Positions 12,273-25,079 of a DNA stretch of 64,000 nt are shown here, piece after piece (the stretch's first letter is position 1; each line of letters starts with the position of its first letter). Source of the DNA: Selaginella moellendorffii (taxonomy: Eukaryota; Plantae; Lycopodiophyta). The stretch covers positions 3,480,398 through 3,544,397 of the forward strand of contig NW_003314266.1 in the NCBI RefSeq assembly GCF_000143415.4. Reading direction: 5' to 3'. The translations under genes and the position numbers were made by a program. The notes under the pieces were generated by a model. It ran no database searches. It was not told where the DNA came from and saw only the letters and a list, made by a program, of their open reading frames with translations.

Positions 12273-13465
12273 ATGGCGAGCAACATGATAGCTTTGATCT
12301 TGATCTTGCTGGTGGTGGTAGGGGCAGCACCGTTTGCGATTGCGCGGCCAGCGGCTCTGGAAGACGATCGCGCTCTAGAGATCAAGAACATGTTCGAGGA
12401 TTGGGCTGCCAAGCACGGCAAGAGTTACAGCAGCGACTGGGAGAAGGCTCGCAGGATGACGATCTTCTCCGACACTTTGGCGTACATCGAGAAGCACAAC
12501 GCGCTGCCCAACACCACCTTCACGCTCGGCCTCAACAAGTTCTCGGATCTCACAAATGCCGAGTTCCGAGCCAATTACGTCGGCAAATTCAAGCCCCCGC
12601 GCTACCAGGATCGCCGCCCGGCCAAGGACGTGGACGTGGACGTGTCGAGCCTCCCGACGAGCTTGGATTGGAGGCAGGAGGGAGCTGTGACACCGATTAA
12701 AGATCAGGGCCAGTGCGGTATGATAAGAACTCGTCATTTTTTATTTTTTCTTTCTAATCTCTCTTCTATTTGGCCTTTGTGGGTGTGGGTGATTCGCGTG
12801 ATCCACAGGGAGCTGCTGGGCTTTCTCAGCGATTGCATCGATCGAGAGTGCACACTTTCTGGCGACGAATCAGCTCGTTTCTCTGTCCGAGCAGCAATTG
12901 ATCGACTGTGACACGGTAGACGAAGGATGCCAAGGTGGGTTTCCGGAGGATGCGTTTAAGTTGGTGTCACCACAGAGGAGGCCTATCCATATACAGGACT
13001 TGCAGGCAGTTGCAACGCGAACAAGGTTGGTATACTTTACTAATTATTTCATATTATAGCTGTTTTTTGTTCTTTAAAGAATAAGGTGGCGGAGATCACT
13101 GGTTTTAATGTCGTCACAAAGGACAAGGCTGACGCCCTGATGAAAGCAGTCTCCAAAACTCCCGTGACTGTTGGCATCTGCGGCAGCGACCAAAACTTCC
13201 AGAATTACAGAAGTGTAAGAAAATCTCAAATATTATTTCTAACTTAATTACATCGTTTTCCAGGGAATTCTTTCTGGTCAGTGCTGCAATTCGCGGGATC
13301 ACGTGGTCTTGGTCATTGGATATGGAACCGAAGGTGGGATGCCCTACTGGATCATCAAAAACTCGTGGGGAACTTCCTGGGGGGAGGATGGATTCATGAA
13401 AATCGAGAAAAAGGATGGAGAAGGGTGGGATGAACGGACAGTCATCATACCCCACTACTTCGTAA
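12273..13465 (+). pseudogene. Papain-family (C1A) cysteine protease, 4 exons, two frameshifting deletions
   Basis: Signal peptide; I29 prodomain (EKARRMTIF...HN, GLNKFSDLT); LPTSLDWR; QCG|SCWAF across intron 12718-12808; DHVVLVIGYG; YWIIKNSWG. Frameshifts at about 12962 ([13 protein letters not shown]) and about 13426 (DGEG..GMNGQSSYP). Confidence 0.92.
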
Positions 13466-14389
13466 AATAACCACTTTATAATCCAAACTTTATATTAATA
13501 TATCAATTATACATAGCAACTAGTGAAATTTGCTCTTTTTTGACTCATTGGTAAATTGTGATGCAGTAGATCCAGAGCAGGTATAGCCACAGCATCACTA
13601 TCTAGGGAGAGCTGCAGGCTATGGAGCCGCAGCAGCAAATAGTCATGATTGAGAGTCATGATTGAGAGTTAGGTACTATATGATCTAGAGCTATGTGAGG
13701 ATTTTCTTGGGAGATGTGATGTTATTATTTGAAGTAATTTATAATACTTATTCTCAAATGTTTTTATATCATTAAGTCCACACTTGTCACACATGGTGTT
13801 TCAGTCCACATGCTTGATCCTAATGATATAGATGATTATATGGATTAAAGTCAATTCCACTTACCTGTTTATGTTGAATGCATGGCACAATATTACACAC
13901 AATACAACCCTATAGGGAAAGAGCATTCCATTATACCTATTTATACTTTGTTAGATATAGAAGAAGATTGAATATGCTGATTTTAATATTAATTATGTTG
14001 TTTAATAGATGTTTGTTTTTTCTTTGTAGACTTGTCAAACCAATAAGTTTATGAAATACCTTAAACACCTAAATTTTAAGTTAAAAATTCTTGGTTTAGG
14101 ATGAACTAAAGTAGTGATTGTATTGACTTCTTTTGACTTTTGTAGACTTTCATTGACTTGAGCTCAATTAATAAACTTAACTCAAAAACTACCTATTCTT
14201 GCATATAAATGCAAAACAACAAGAAGCAGTGGATTGGAATGTTATATATGACATGGTAGAAGATGAAAACAAAAATATCTAGAGATCGACAAACTAAATA
14301 ATATGATGTAAAAAAAAGGTAATATTCCCTCTAATAGTTTTCATCAAATGCTTATGCCTTCATCGACAGAGTTATGCAGGAGGAATGTC

Positions 14390-14990
14390 TCATACCCTAT
14401 AATATTTTGGTCGCTCCTTGCATGAAGCATGTCATCGGAACACAGCTGTGCTTGTCACAGCTCCAAACCAAGCTCTCCATGCATGCTATCAACGTCTTAT
14501 TTACGAAGCTAGATATCAAGGAGATAATTCAAGGTCCCATGGACAACTGCACCTGGTGGATGGAACAAGCATGGGGCGAGAGAACGCTCATGGCTGTCAA
14601 GTATGAAATCTATTGCTTGACAGTGAATTCAATGGGACGGGTCTATCACCAAGTTCCCCCCTGGGTGCAATATAGCAGCATACAGATGCAGGAACCACAC
14701 TCTCAAGGTTAAGACTTGTCATGTGCGGCCTAGAACACCTTGGCACCTTCGAGACTGCCTCCTTTGTACTCCCGCCAGGCAGAGGACGTCTTTCATGTCC
14801 TATACGACTGCACAGCCTTCCAGCCTTTGTGGGAACAATTCCCTGGGATTCCTTGGGCCGAGAAGGATCTCCCTAGCCTTATCTACCTGTGCAGAACGGA
14901 GGAGCTCTCAATTACAAAAGAGCGTAAGGAGTGTAGAAGGTAGGTATAGTGGTCTTATGCCTCCCTTGTATTCGGTTTTATAATGTCTAT
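14390..14990 (+). mobile_element. 3' remnant of a LINE-like non-LTR retrotransposon
   Basis: zf-RVT-like EDVFHVLYDCTAFQPLW; nucleotide homology to 23850-24210. Confidence 0.55.
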
Positions 14991-15470
14991 CATCTTTTTA
15001 TCATTCTAAGTGTTGTGTGATGTGATTTACATTGTTTATGGCAGCTTTGAAATAAAAGCTTAAAAAAGAATACCTCCAGATGTAAAACTGTTAAATTTCT
15101 GGATTTTAAAAATAATTTTAAGATTTTTGGTTTGCTTAACCTGTAGGATGGTAGTGAATATACCTAAAATATGCTTGGATATTCTAGGATATTCTACCAT
15201 CTAATGGTTGTTATTCATTTAGATTAATTTTGTATTTATAATTTATAAACTTTCCTAAACACTTTCTAGTATATTATTTTTTATTCTACCATCTAATGGT
15301 AGATATGGAATAAGATTAATCTTGTGTTTATCAATTATGTAAATATATCTAATATATAATATTACAAGAATTAAATAAAAATTAGCATTGGATATTAGTA
15401 ATTTTTGCTTCCTAGAACAAATTTAGAAAGCATTCCAAATAACAATGGCCTTTAACAAATCCCGAAAGCT

Positions 15471-16419
15471 TTATTTCAGCTGGTCTGGAACCGGGGTGGT
15501 TTTTCCAATCAGAATATAAACAGTGCTCGAAAATCGGTCACGCCTGTACTTGCGTGGGAAAACATATGCGGTTTTAGTTTCCAGGTCCACGACAAAAGGA
15601 CGAAGTTTTGGGCGGGCTTCTTTGGACCAGAAGCAATACAGGGTTTCTAGGTAGTGACAATTCCCTTAGGTATGCCAATTTTTGCCACCAAGTTCCACCG
15701 ACTCTTATCCACCTTAAAAGTCTTATGAATGTCGCTCATGCATTTTTGAATTGATGGATCCCTCTCTTCCCAGACACTAAACTCGTTGTTAGTAATCACC
15801 TCAAGCGTTTTTCGCCCCTTATACTCGAAATGACTGATGTAACTTCTCAGCTCCTTTGTCTCTAAAGAATACTGTGGTTTAGCTCTAGCTTCTAGAGCTG
15901 GACCAAGAAATGGATCAATGCTCCAAGCACTCACGGATGAGTCATATATAACAGAAATTTCGTTCAACCGGTCATTATTGATAACATATATGGAGTACCT
16001 CTGGCGATCAACACTAAATCGTACTTTGTGAGACCATAGGATCTCTTCATCCATCTTATCGGTCTTGAGAAAGATCTTGTCAACGGGAGGCACTTCTTTC
16101 CATTCCATGACCACGGGATTGCCAACATAGCTCTTCAATCCACAGCGCAAAAGCACCAGCCCATGCTCAATAGCCAAAACTCTATAAGGGCTTGGGAAAG
16201 GCTCATCCAAGAAAAAGCCTGAGAGTGGACACCACGCCTCAACACATCATTGACATAAGTGAGAATCCAAACCCCTTGATCCATCACACCCCCAGCTTTG
16301 AAGTCTGGGGATTGGATTATGTCCCTCCATGACTTACACACACTGCTTGCACGGGCTATGCTCCAATTGTCCAGACGCGAAAAGATCTCCCTCCATATCA
16401 GATCCATCCTAAACCACAT
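15471..16419 (-). pseudogene. Intronless F-box protein pseudogene
   Basis: DLIWREIFSRLDNWSIARASSVCKSWRDII; highly similar to 22085-23041; frameshifts at about 16237 and about 15650. Confidence 0.9.
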
Positions 16420-17544
16420 ATTCTAATCACTTTAAGGTGTTAAATTTACTAAATCTAAACGTTATAGACTTAGTCAAGTGATCCGATCTTAAAACTTAAA
16501 ATGCTATGAGATAGATCAGCATTATGTTAGCATTTACTAGGAGAAAACCTTAAAAAACGGAGCTGCAATTTCTTACAAATCGTGCACTGGCGGGATCTTC
16601 AAGAACGAGTTTCAAGGTTAAAACCGTCATGTATTCCACAGAATACTTACAGCTCCACGTGGGCTTCGTCGTGGATAGTGATAACTTGGATGTGCAGGAA
16701 AATCAGAGTAGAACCGTGTCTGGATCTCCTTCAGCTCGGATTAATGGCCTACATAAACCTACTCTAGAGTTCAGTTGGAAGAAGAGAAAATAACGAACCT
16801 TGTGTGGAAGGCCGCTATGGAAAAACTTTCCATAAGCCGTGAGCTTCCAAGAGATCATGCCGGTTGCTATGCCCTATGTCCCTCGATGCCTCATGAGATC
16901 AGTGACAAGCGCTACATGTCCCAGGCAATCAGTTGTTCCTCATCCGCTTAGCTCGTCACCATAGATAAAGGATCAAATTCATGCGAAGAAAACAACAAAG
17001 AACAAAGGCACCTCATCAGAAAAAAAAAAGAAAACTTCCAATAGAAATGGAAGAACTCTAGCCAGTTGGAACAGAAAAAAGAGATTCTCAAAGATCAGAT
17101 CCGAGAATGCGAACAAGAAAACCAAATTTTCCAGCTTACCCAGTCATCCGGATTTGCCTTCTTACCGAGGAGAGAGGTCCCATGCCCCATTGTGCGCCAC
17201 GGTGACCAAAAAAGCTCGCTCTTTCTCTCTCTCTCAAAAAGAAAAGAAAAAAGAACCATTTTCAAAGGGTTCTCAAAACGTATGCACGCTGAGGAGATTC
17301 TCTGTTGCTTATGTCGATAGATGGAAAAGAAGGTAAAACAAAAGAGCCTCTACCTTATCAAAGCACTTTCGGCATTGATCTTGGAATCGAAAATTCTTTC
17401 CTAGGCGTCATGGTCAATCACTCGCACATTCCGGCGATTGTATCTCCCCAGAGCATGAGCTTGGAGTTGCTGGTTCAGCCTAGACCCAGCAGCCCCTGAG
17501 AAGATGGTCTAAACAAAACTTGATTGATGAAAGCGTTTCCATTC

Positions 17545-17700
17545 ACTGTGCTGGAAAGCCTGTTACGCCTGTGCTAACATACGACGTTTTGGCGTCGGGC
17601 GAGCTTCGAGTTCTTTGGACCAGAAGCGTGTCGTTCAAGGCACTGACTGAGGGTTGTCTTCCATCTATTTTGCTTATCATTCGAAGATTTACATGTATTT
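17545..17700 (-). pseudogene. Diverged 3' fragment of the same F-box family
   Basis: cttctggtccaaagaa (FWSKE) ... KTSYV ... HRRNRLSS-like residues across shifted frames. Confidence 0.5.
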
Positions 17701-18499
17701 TGCATCTATCTGGCTGGAACGGGAATTGGAATCGTTTCTTCCTCCGGATCATCAACCCCTGGTTATTCAGACGGATAATCTTCTATCCAATTTTCTCCCT
17801 CGCTTGGTCTTTCCTCCCACCATGCTTTAGGTGGAGCAGCTTGTGATGGATCGGGACCAGCGCTGCCCGATCGCGCAGGAGCCGCGGCCTCAGAAAATTT
17901 AGCTTGCTTTGGTTTCCATGCCACGTACAACTTCCACGACTTCTTGGTGGCCTTGAAAATAAGTACTCAAGAGTTTACAGATCAAACATACAAGGAAGCT
18001 CGCTGTAAATGACACTGGCATTTGAATCTGCTTCATATTTTCCATGAAAAGCAGAGGCTTCATGATCTTGACCTTGGCTTTTTTCTTTATTCCCTTTCCG
18101 ATCTTCTCCTCTCTCTTCCATCTTCTTCGCCTGAGAAATCTTCGCACCAGACGGTCGCTTGTCTGCTGTGTCTATCCAAATCTATACAGAAAAGAGAAAG
18201 ATGAAAGAAACAAAGAACCAAAAAGGCTTACAATGGACCGTTCTTCTCGAGTAACCCGTGGGATGAAGTAAAAATCAGCTTGTGCTTTTACAAGCGCTAC
18301 ATAGATCACTAAAAGAAAATTGCGAAGATCGCTCTAGAGAATGCGAGATAAAACCTTGATCCAGGAAAAGCTTACCCAGTTGTTCAGATTTGCAGTCGCA
18401 TATGCTTGCGCTGCCGATCCAGATCAACGCTCAAGAACCCTCAAAGCAGCACGAGATGCAAAAGAAACTTATGGATTGAAAATATTTGCAAGAAAGCTA

Positions 18500-19400
18500 T
18501 ATCAGCTGGACTTTCCATAGCCAAAGTTACTGCTTTGACGTGGTGACGATGCTGGTGGTCATTGCCGCATGCTAAAATGGACGATTTGCAAGTTCAACAT
18601 TAAAACCAATGTTACCTCCAGGAGAAGAAAACAAAGAGGATGAGCTACACTTACAGTGGACCGTCCTTTAAGCTGTCCAGAAATATCACACACACAGCCG
18701 TGTCCGTGAAGAATTTAGAGTCTGTCAAAGCAGTGACTATACCTTCCCAGGGTGACTCCATAGCCGAGCATGCAGCAATGACCACCAGCATCGTCACCTC
18801 GGTTGGCTGGACTCCTTCCAGGATCATTCGGCGGTAGAGCCTTCGACATAAGCCGAGATCAAAATCGTCCACCCCTGTCCTTCATCCCTTGAACAACTCT
18901 TCGCACATGTTGACAAGTGCATTGAGAACCACTGGGGATTTAGAGCAGTCCCTCGAGGCAGTGATCTCTACGTGAAGCTCCTGGCCTTTCTCCAAATCCT
19001 CCGGATCCAAGCTTCGCTGCTTCAACGCCGTCGCCGGATCCGTCTTTCCTCGCCAAGAGCCGCATGAACTCCAAATCGTAGTGGTGGCGACGATCAAAGC
19101 CGTCCAGGAGACCACGTCATGAGCTCTCACTTTGGAGAAAACTCGCCTGGCCACGTCAAGTTCGTTGATGAGACCTTGATGTTGGAGTCGAAGCCGTGAG
19201 CAACGTGAAGCTCGACCAGCAATCGCAAGCTTGCAGAGATCCATCACCACCGTAACTTCGTCTCGCTGCACTTTCTGGGTCACCAAACTTCAAGACCCCT
19301 GGTCAGAGATCTTCGTCCCTCGAGGAACAAGCATCCGTGTCGAAATCTTCCATCTCCTCGTAGAGCTGTCGACTGCCGAAGTCCATCTGAGTTTCTAAAC
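18500..19400 (-). pseudogene. PPR gene remnants
   Basis: ELDVARRVFSKVRAHDVVSWTALIVA; LYRRMILEGVQPTEVTMLVVIAACS; VVLNALVNM. Confidence 0.85.
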
Positions 19401-19605
19401 CCTGCATCTGGGGCATGGCGCTGGAGCTGGAGGGCGGACGATGGATCCAGGTGCGGGTGCGATCCAATCGATCATGGCGACAGTCAAATAATATCGCCTA
19501 TCATAGCTCGAATCGAATAGCAACGATATAGGATATCTCCTTCAACCCAACCTTTAGCGACCCGCTGCATTCATCTCTCACAAGACAAGGCCTTCGCCTT
19601 TCTCT

Positions 19606-20820
19606 CTATTTCTCTCTAATCACGTAGATCAGAATCCCAAAGAGTACCACTGTGCCCAAACCAAAGGACAGGGGGAGCCACAAGAAAGGAGCTGGGAGAG
19701 GCACGCCAGCCGCTGGAGGAGGAGGCGGCTTTGCACCTGGAGGAGCTGGAGGAGCTGGAGAAGGAGGCGGCTTTGCACCTGGAGAAGCTGGAGGAGACAC
19801 GCCTGGAGCTACTGCTGGCAAGTCTTCCGGCTCGTCATTGTCATCCGGATCATCTGCCAACTCTGGTCCTGGTTGCTGAACCGGAGAGCTTTTATACCAA
19901 GTGTTTCCCGGGCTAGGCCACGGGTATTCTTCATCTGGAGCTGGAGAGTCTGCCGGAGATGGAGCTTGAGAGTCTGCTGGAGATGGAGCTTGTGGTGGAG
20001 ATGGAGGTAGGGCATCACCACCGCTGCCAAGCCCACCACCCCCACCACCCCCACCAAATCCACCACCCCCAACACCCGGGAGAACGATCCCTGGTTGTGG
20101 AGCTGAAGCTGGAATGGTTGGAGGTCTTGGACCTGGACCTGGAGTTTGCTGCCCTGGAGCTTCCTCCTGTCCTGGAGCTAGAGCTGGAGCTTGCTGTGGA
20201 GCTGGAATGGTTGGAGGTCTTGAACCTGGAACTTCTGGAGCTAAAGCTTGCTGCCCTGGAGCTGGAGCTGGAGCTGGAGCTTGCTGCCCTACAACTAAAG
20301 CTGGAATGGTTGGAGGTCTTGGACCTGGAGCTGGAGCTTGCTGCCCTGGAGCTTCCTCCTGTCCTGGAGCTAGAGCCGGAGCTTGCTGTGGAGCTGGAAT
20401 GGTTGGAGGTCTTGGACCTGGACCTGGAGCTTGCTGCCCTGGAGCTTCCTCCTGTCCTGGAGCTGGAACCCCCTCCTTTGGACCTTGAGTTGGAGCTGGA
20501 TGCAAGGGAGGAGGGGGCGCAACACCACAGAAACTGCGAGTTCCTGACCTGGAATTGCAACGCACCAAGGATCCAAATGACCAAACTGTGCTCCCGGGAA
20601 AGGGGAAATCAATGTAGGCTTACCTGAGCTCCCCCAAGCAATCTGCCGTGGCTGGCTCAGCGGCATCCTGGATAGAGAAATTCGCACGCCCGACATCCAA
20701 TCGCGTGAGGAGATCCGCGCCCTGCCATAGGGAAATCTGGCCATTGCCGACCTTGCTGTTGCGCTCCAGAGACAAGACGACGATGAGGAATGCCAGCATC
20801 CGAAACACGATCGCTGCCAT
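19606..20820 (-). CDS. Pro/Ala/Gly-rich (AGP/extensin-like) single-pass membrane protein, probably frameshifted near its 5' end
   Basis: Signal-like MAAIVFRMLAFLIVVLSL (20820). GT-AG intron candidate 20586-20623; splicing it does not reach the Pro-rich frame. APGQEEAPGQQAPGPGPRPPTIPA repeats, Gly run, EEYPWPSPGNTWYKSSP, C-terminal TM FLWLPLSFGLGTVVLFGILIYVIREK. Confidence 0.7.
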
Positions 20821-22084
20821 GACCTAGGGCATGAAACTCGAAAGCGGGAAGAACCTAGGGCATGAAACTCGAAAATGGGCGGGAAATAACCAGACACGCG
20901 TTCTACAAAGGCTTGCATTGTTGCCAAGCCATATTGTTGAGGAAGAAATGAAGATAGCTTTCACTTGATACATCTTCCACACGTCAGACAACAAGAAGTA
21001 CGCTCATCCTGCGATTGAGCATCAAAGAAAGATCTCGTCAGAGACGAACGAGGAGAAACATATACCTGCAACTCACGAATCAAAAGAAGAAAAGCCCAGG
21101 ATGGAGTAAGGCTTGATTATCCCCAGTGTGTCCAGACAGCGCGTCACCTCACTGGTCAACCTGGAAAAGGAAATACGTACTAAGCATTCCAAAGCATAAA
21201 CACAAAGAGAGCTTACCTTTCCCTGATAGTGTGTACATGGCCCCTTGTTCTATTTCGCCTTGCACACTGGGGAATCAAGATTGCACGCACCATCTCATTG
21301 AATTCCATACTCAATCTGGAAAAACGATAACAGAAGAGAAAATGCGTTGCCAGGATTCCAAAGCTTAAACATCACAGCTTACCTTCCTCTCAGGCCATCG
21401 TCTGGTAGTGTATACATGGCCTGCTTTTCAATATTCGAGTTGATGTCATACACGAGTCATGATTCAATCCTTGTGATCCTACAGAAAGATCAACATACGT
21501 TAACATTTCCTGGAGAAAAACGTTAAAAACGAACCTGCTTGTGCACGGGCCTGGGAGTCTGGTTCACTCCACCTCCTGGAACTTCAAGAACGAGTTCCAA
21601 GCTTAAAAAAGTCATGGAATCCACAAACACTACTTACAGGTTCACTGCGTGGGCTTCATCTTCACTTGGAGTGAAAAGCTCCAGCGGACTGATTGGAAAA
21701 AGAAAGTATTCAATCTTGTGTGTCTTGGTCTTTTCCGTTCTTCTGAGAAGAAAAAAAAAACATAGAGGCTTGTCAAAGATGAGGCATTCAATCTTGGGAT
21801 AACAATTATCATGATTCGCTGCTCCCTGAGAAGTTTCTGCGTGGAGCGATCTAAGATCTCGACTATCCGGACGAGAAAGCCACGGCAGGAGTAAAGACAC
21901 TGTAGAAATCAGGGAATCGCTCTAACTGGTTTACAACACGTGTTAATGCACCTTAGACGAATGGAAAATCTCCATCGCCAAGCCACCGCCAGCGGGCACA
22001 AACATCTTTCCTGATGCAAGTGAAGAAAACTATGCGCAAAGTTAACCAAAGTAACTTAGGATTTATATTGAAATTGAACGCAGA

Positions 22085-23041
22085 TTATTTCAGCTGGTCT
22101 GGAACCGGGGTGGTGTTTCCAGTCAGAACAAAAACAATGTTCGAAAATCTGTCACGCCTGTGCTTCCGTGGGAAAACATATGAAGTTTTAGTTTCCATGT
22201 CCACGACAAAAGGGCGAAGCTTTGGGCGGGCTTCTTTGGACCAGAAGCAATACAGGCTTCCCAGGTAGCGTTGATTATATTCCTCGCGCTTAGGTATGCC
22301 AACTTTTGCCACCAAGTTCCACTCACTCTTGTCCACTTGAAACTTCTTATGAATGAGTTTTCGAATTGATCGATCCCTCTCTTCCCAGACCCTGAACTCA
22401 TTGTTAGTAATCACCTCAAGCGTTTTTCTCCCCTTATAGTCGGAAACCCTGATATAACTTCTCGGCTCTTTTCTCTTTGTATGATATGGTGGATACCCGC
22501 AATATTCTACAGCTAGACCAAGATATGGATCAATTCTCCATTCACTCAAGGATGAATCATATAGAACAGAAATCTCGTTCAACCAGTCGCTATTGATAAC
22601 ATATATGGAGTACTTCTGGCGATCAACACTAAATAGTACTTTATTATGAGACCACAAGATCTCTTCATCCACCTTATCCGTCTTGAGAAATATCTTGTCA
22701 ATGGGAGGTATTTCTTTCCATTCCATGAGCACAGGATTGCCAACATAGCTCTTCGATCCACAGCGCAAAAGCACCAGCCCATGCTCAATAGCCAAAACTC
22801 TATAAGGATTCTCAAAGCCTGGAAATGGCTCATCTAAAAGGAAACCTGAGAGAGGACACCACGCCTTCAACACATCATTGACATATGTGATGATCCAAAC
22901 CCCTGGATCCATTACACCCCTGGAATTGAAGTCTGGGGATTGGATTATGTCTCTCCATGACTTACACACACTGTTTACTATGCTCCAATCGTCCAGACGC
23001 GAGAAGATCTCCCACCATATACTAGATGGTATCAAATCCAT
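22085..23041 (-). CDS. Intronless F-box protein with short F-box-associated C-terminal domain
   Basis: Open ORF of about 318 aa from ATG 23041; LIPSSIWWEIFSRL...SVCKSWRDII; HGLVLL...YVGNPVLMEWKEIP. Confidence 0.88.
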   Translation of the reverse strand: MDLIPSSIWWEIFSRLDDWSIVNSVCKSWRDIIQSPDFNSRGVMDPGVWIITYVNDVLKAWCPLSGFLLDEPFPGFENPYRVLAIEHGLVLLRCGSKSYVGNPVLMEWKEIPPIDKIFLKTDKVDEEILWSHNKVLFSVDRQKYSIYVINSDWLNEISVLYDSSLSEWRIDPYLGLAVEYCGYPPYHTKRKEPRSYIRVSDYKGRKTLEVITNNEFRVWEERDRSIRKLIHKKFQVDKSEWNLVAKVGIPKREEYNQRYLGSLYCFWSKEARPKLRPFVVDMETKTSYVFPRKHRRDRFSNIVFVLTGNTTPVPDQLK

Positions 23042-23179
23042 ATAAGCCACATCTGAACCATAGAAGTTTTATTTAGTCTACATGTAGAATATCCTTGGAT
23101 TTTGGCATATTCTTTCAAGAATACATATTTAAATTAATTTTATGTTTATAAATTATAAATCATGTTTAAACATTCTTAA

Positions 23180-24210
23180 ATACAAAGCACATCCCAAATC
23201 TGGGGGATACACTTGGCTAACCCGCACACCAGCAGCAGAGAATATTGTGTCTCGAGATGGCGGGCAGAGCACTGTAGCGTATTTGGTAAAATCTAACCCG
23301 TTGGTTAGGTTATTGACTTTGAAAACCCATCACGTGATAAGAGGAGCAGCCTTGTGGGGAATTGCATGGCACAGACTAAGCAATCCAAACCCCACAGATC
23401 CCTCAGGTTGGATGGTGGAACTGGTTGTGCACAAGCTCACCAGCCACAGTGAAACAATCAGCTTTCTAGGCCTGACTAAAATGTTACCGGCGGCTGGAAA
23501 ATAGGCATTTTTAACCATGTGATGGACAATTAATAGACTTATCCTGGTAACCAACTACAGGACGCTGGCTGTGGCGAGTATTTGCAAAGGTGTTTGCCTG
23601 TCTCATTGACAGAGAGCTATCCAATTGGCTGGAGACGACTGGGTTGCATGTGAATGGGCAAGCGGGCTTTACTCCTGTATTGACCAATTGATAATTCTCT
23701 GTTTAAGAGGTTACACTTCAAGTGAAACTGAGTGCTTTTCCTGGGATATGTCGATTTAGCTAAAGCCTTGGATCATGTTCCGTAGCATCTGTTGATCGGC
23801 AACTCCAGGTCCCCGCACCCTGGTTGCTAAGCTATATAAAACTGTCCCAAAACAAGCTCTCCATGCGTGCAGTCTTATGTATGAAAGACAGGGGCTAGTG
23901 GTCTGATGTTAAGGATTGGATGATGCGCTTTGGGCTGGATCTTGAGGAGATCATTCAAGATCCCATGGACAACTACACCTAGTGGATTGCCCAAGCTTTG
24001 TGTAAATGTTTGCACAATAGAATGCACATGGTGTGAATCCAATGGGACAGGATATATAGGTGTGATATATGCTAGCCGCATACAGGGGCAGGAATCAGGG
24101 TGGAAACTAGTCGTCATGTGAATACCTCTTGCCGAGAGGGATTTCTCTCTTGGCTATCTACCTGCGTAGAATGGAGGAGCTTCAGACGGCTCAAGCACAA
24201 GAGACTGTAG
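23180..24210 (+). mobile_element. Degenerate LINE-like fragment
   Basis: Shares ccaagctctccatgc, ttcaag.tcccatggacaact.cacct and tatctacctg.g.agaa.ggaggagct with 14460-14940. Confidence 0.5.
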
Positions 24211-24928
24211 GGATGGTTTTATGTTTCGGTTTTCTAATTCATCAGCTTTAACCTCCTTAGGGCGCTCATCTCGATCTTGGTTGGGATCTGGAGCTGGATC
24301 AATGGCACTCTTGATTGTTACTGAATGGTAAGGCTGTTCAATTTTTTAAAATCGTCCTCTACCCTGCTATGGCCAATCCCATGGGTGAGGCTGTGCCCCA
24401 CCACCATGTCTTGTGGATCCTCCTCCCATGTATTCTTTGTTTGTCTATGGTAGCTGGCGAGCTTTGTTCTTGAGGTGAGCTAGGTGGAAATTACATTAGA
24501 GGTCAAGAGTAGATTGATATAGATTTGTTTTTTTTATTTTGTGAGTGTGAAGATTATTTTATTTTTGGCTCTTTCACTAGTATAAATTAACCGGTTTTAA
24601 TTATTCACAGAGATATACTCTCATTGAGTGTGAAAGATAATTGAACAAGGTGAGTGTGATTTTAGCTGAATTATACTGTCACCAACTCATAACTTTTAAG
24701 CAAAAAAAGTGTTTTAAAAATAAAATAAATTTATCCCTAAAGTATATTATACTTCTAATATTACCTTAAGTAAGATGCACTATGGTTTTAAAAAAAAGTG
24801 AACTCCAAGTTTATTACAAAGAGTTGTTCTTTTACACTTCTTGTCTCTCCAGGTTGATGTCCCACAAATTAGCAACATAGAGATCAACTTAGTTCAAGAC
24901 TTGGGTTGCCCATATTGCAGGCAATATT

Positions 24929-24990
24929 GTCAGCTGGCCTGGAACTAGGGTGGCGTTTCCAATTAGAATAAAAACAGTAATGAAAAGATG
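24929..24990 (-). pseudogene. 3' tip of another F-box family copy
   Basis: Minus strand reads TVFILIGNATLVPGQL, matching IVFVLTGNTTPVPDQLK. Confidence 0.6.
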
Positions 24991-25045
24991 TGTGTCTTTT
25001 GGGGATTATATGTTGTCCAGGGTTGTATTTGAATCAATCAATTAG

Positions 25046-25047
<2 letters not shown>

Positions 25048-25077
<30 letters not shown>
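25048..25077. repeat. (GA)15 microsatellite
   Basis: Directly visible. Confidence 0.97.
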
Positions 25078-25079
<2 letters not shown>

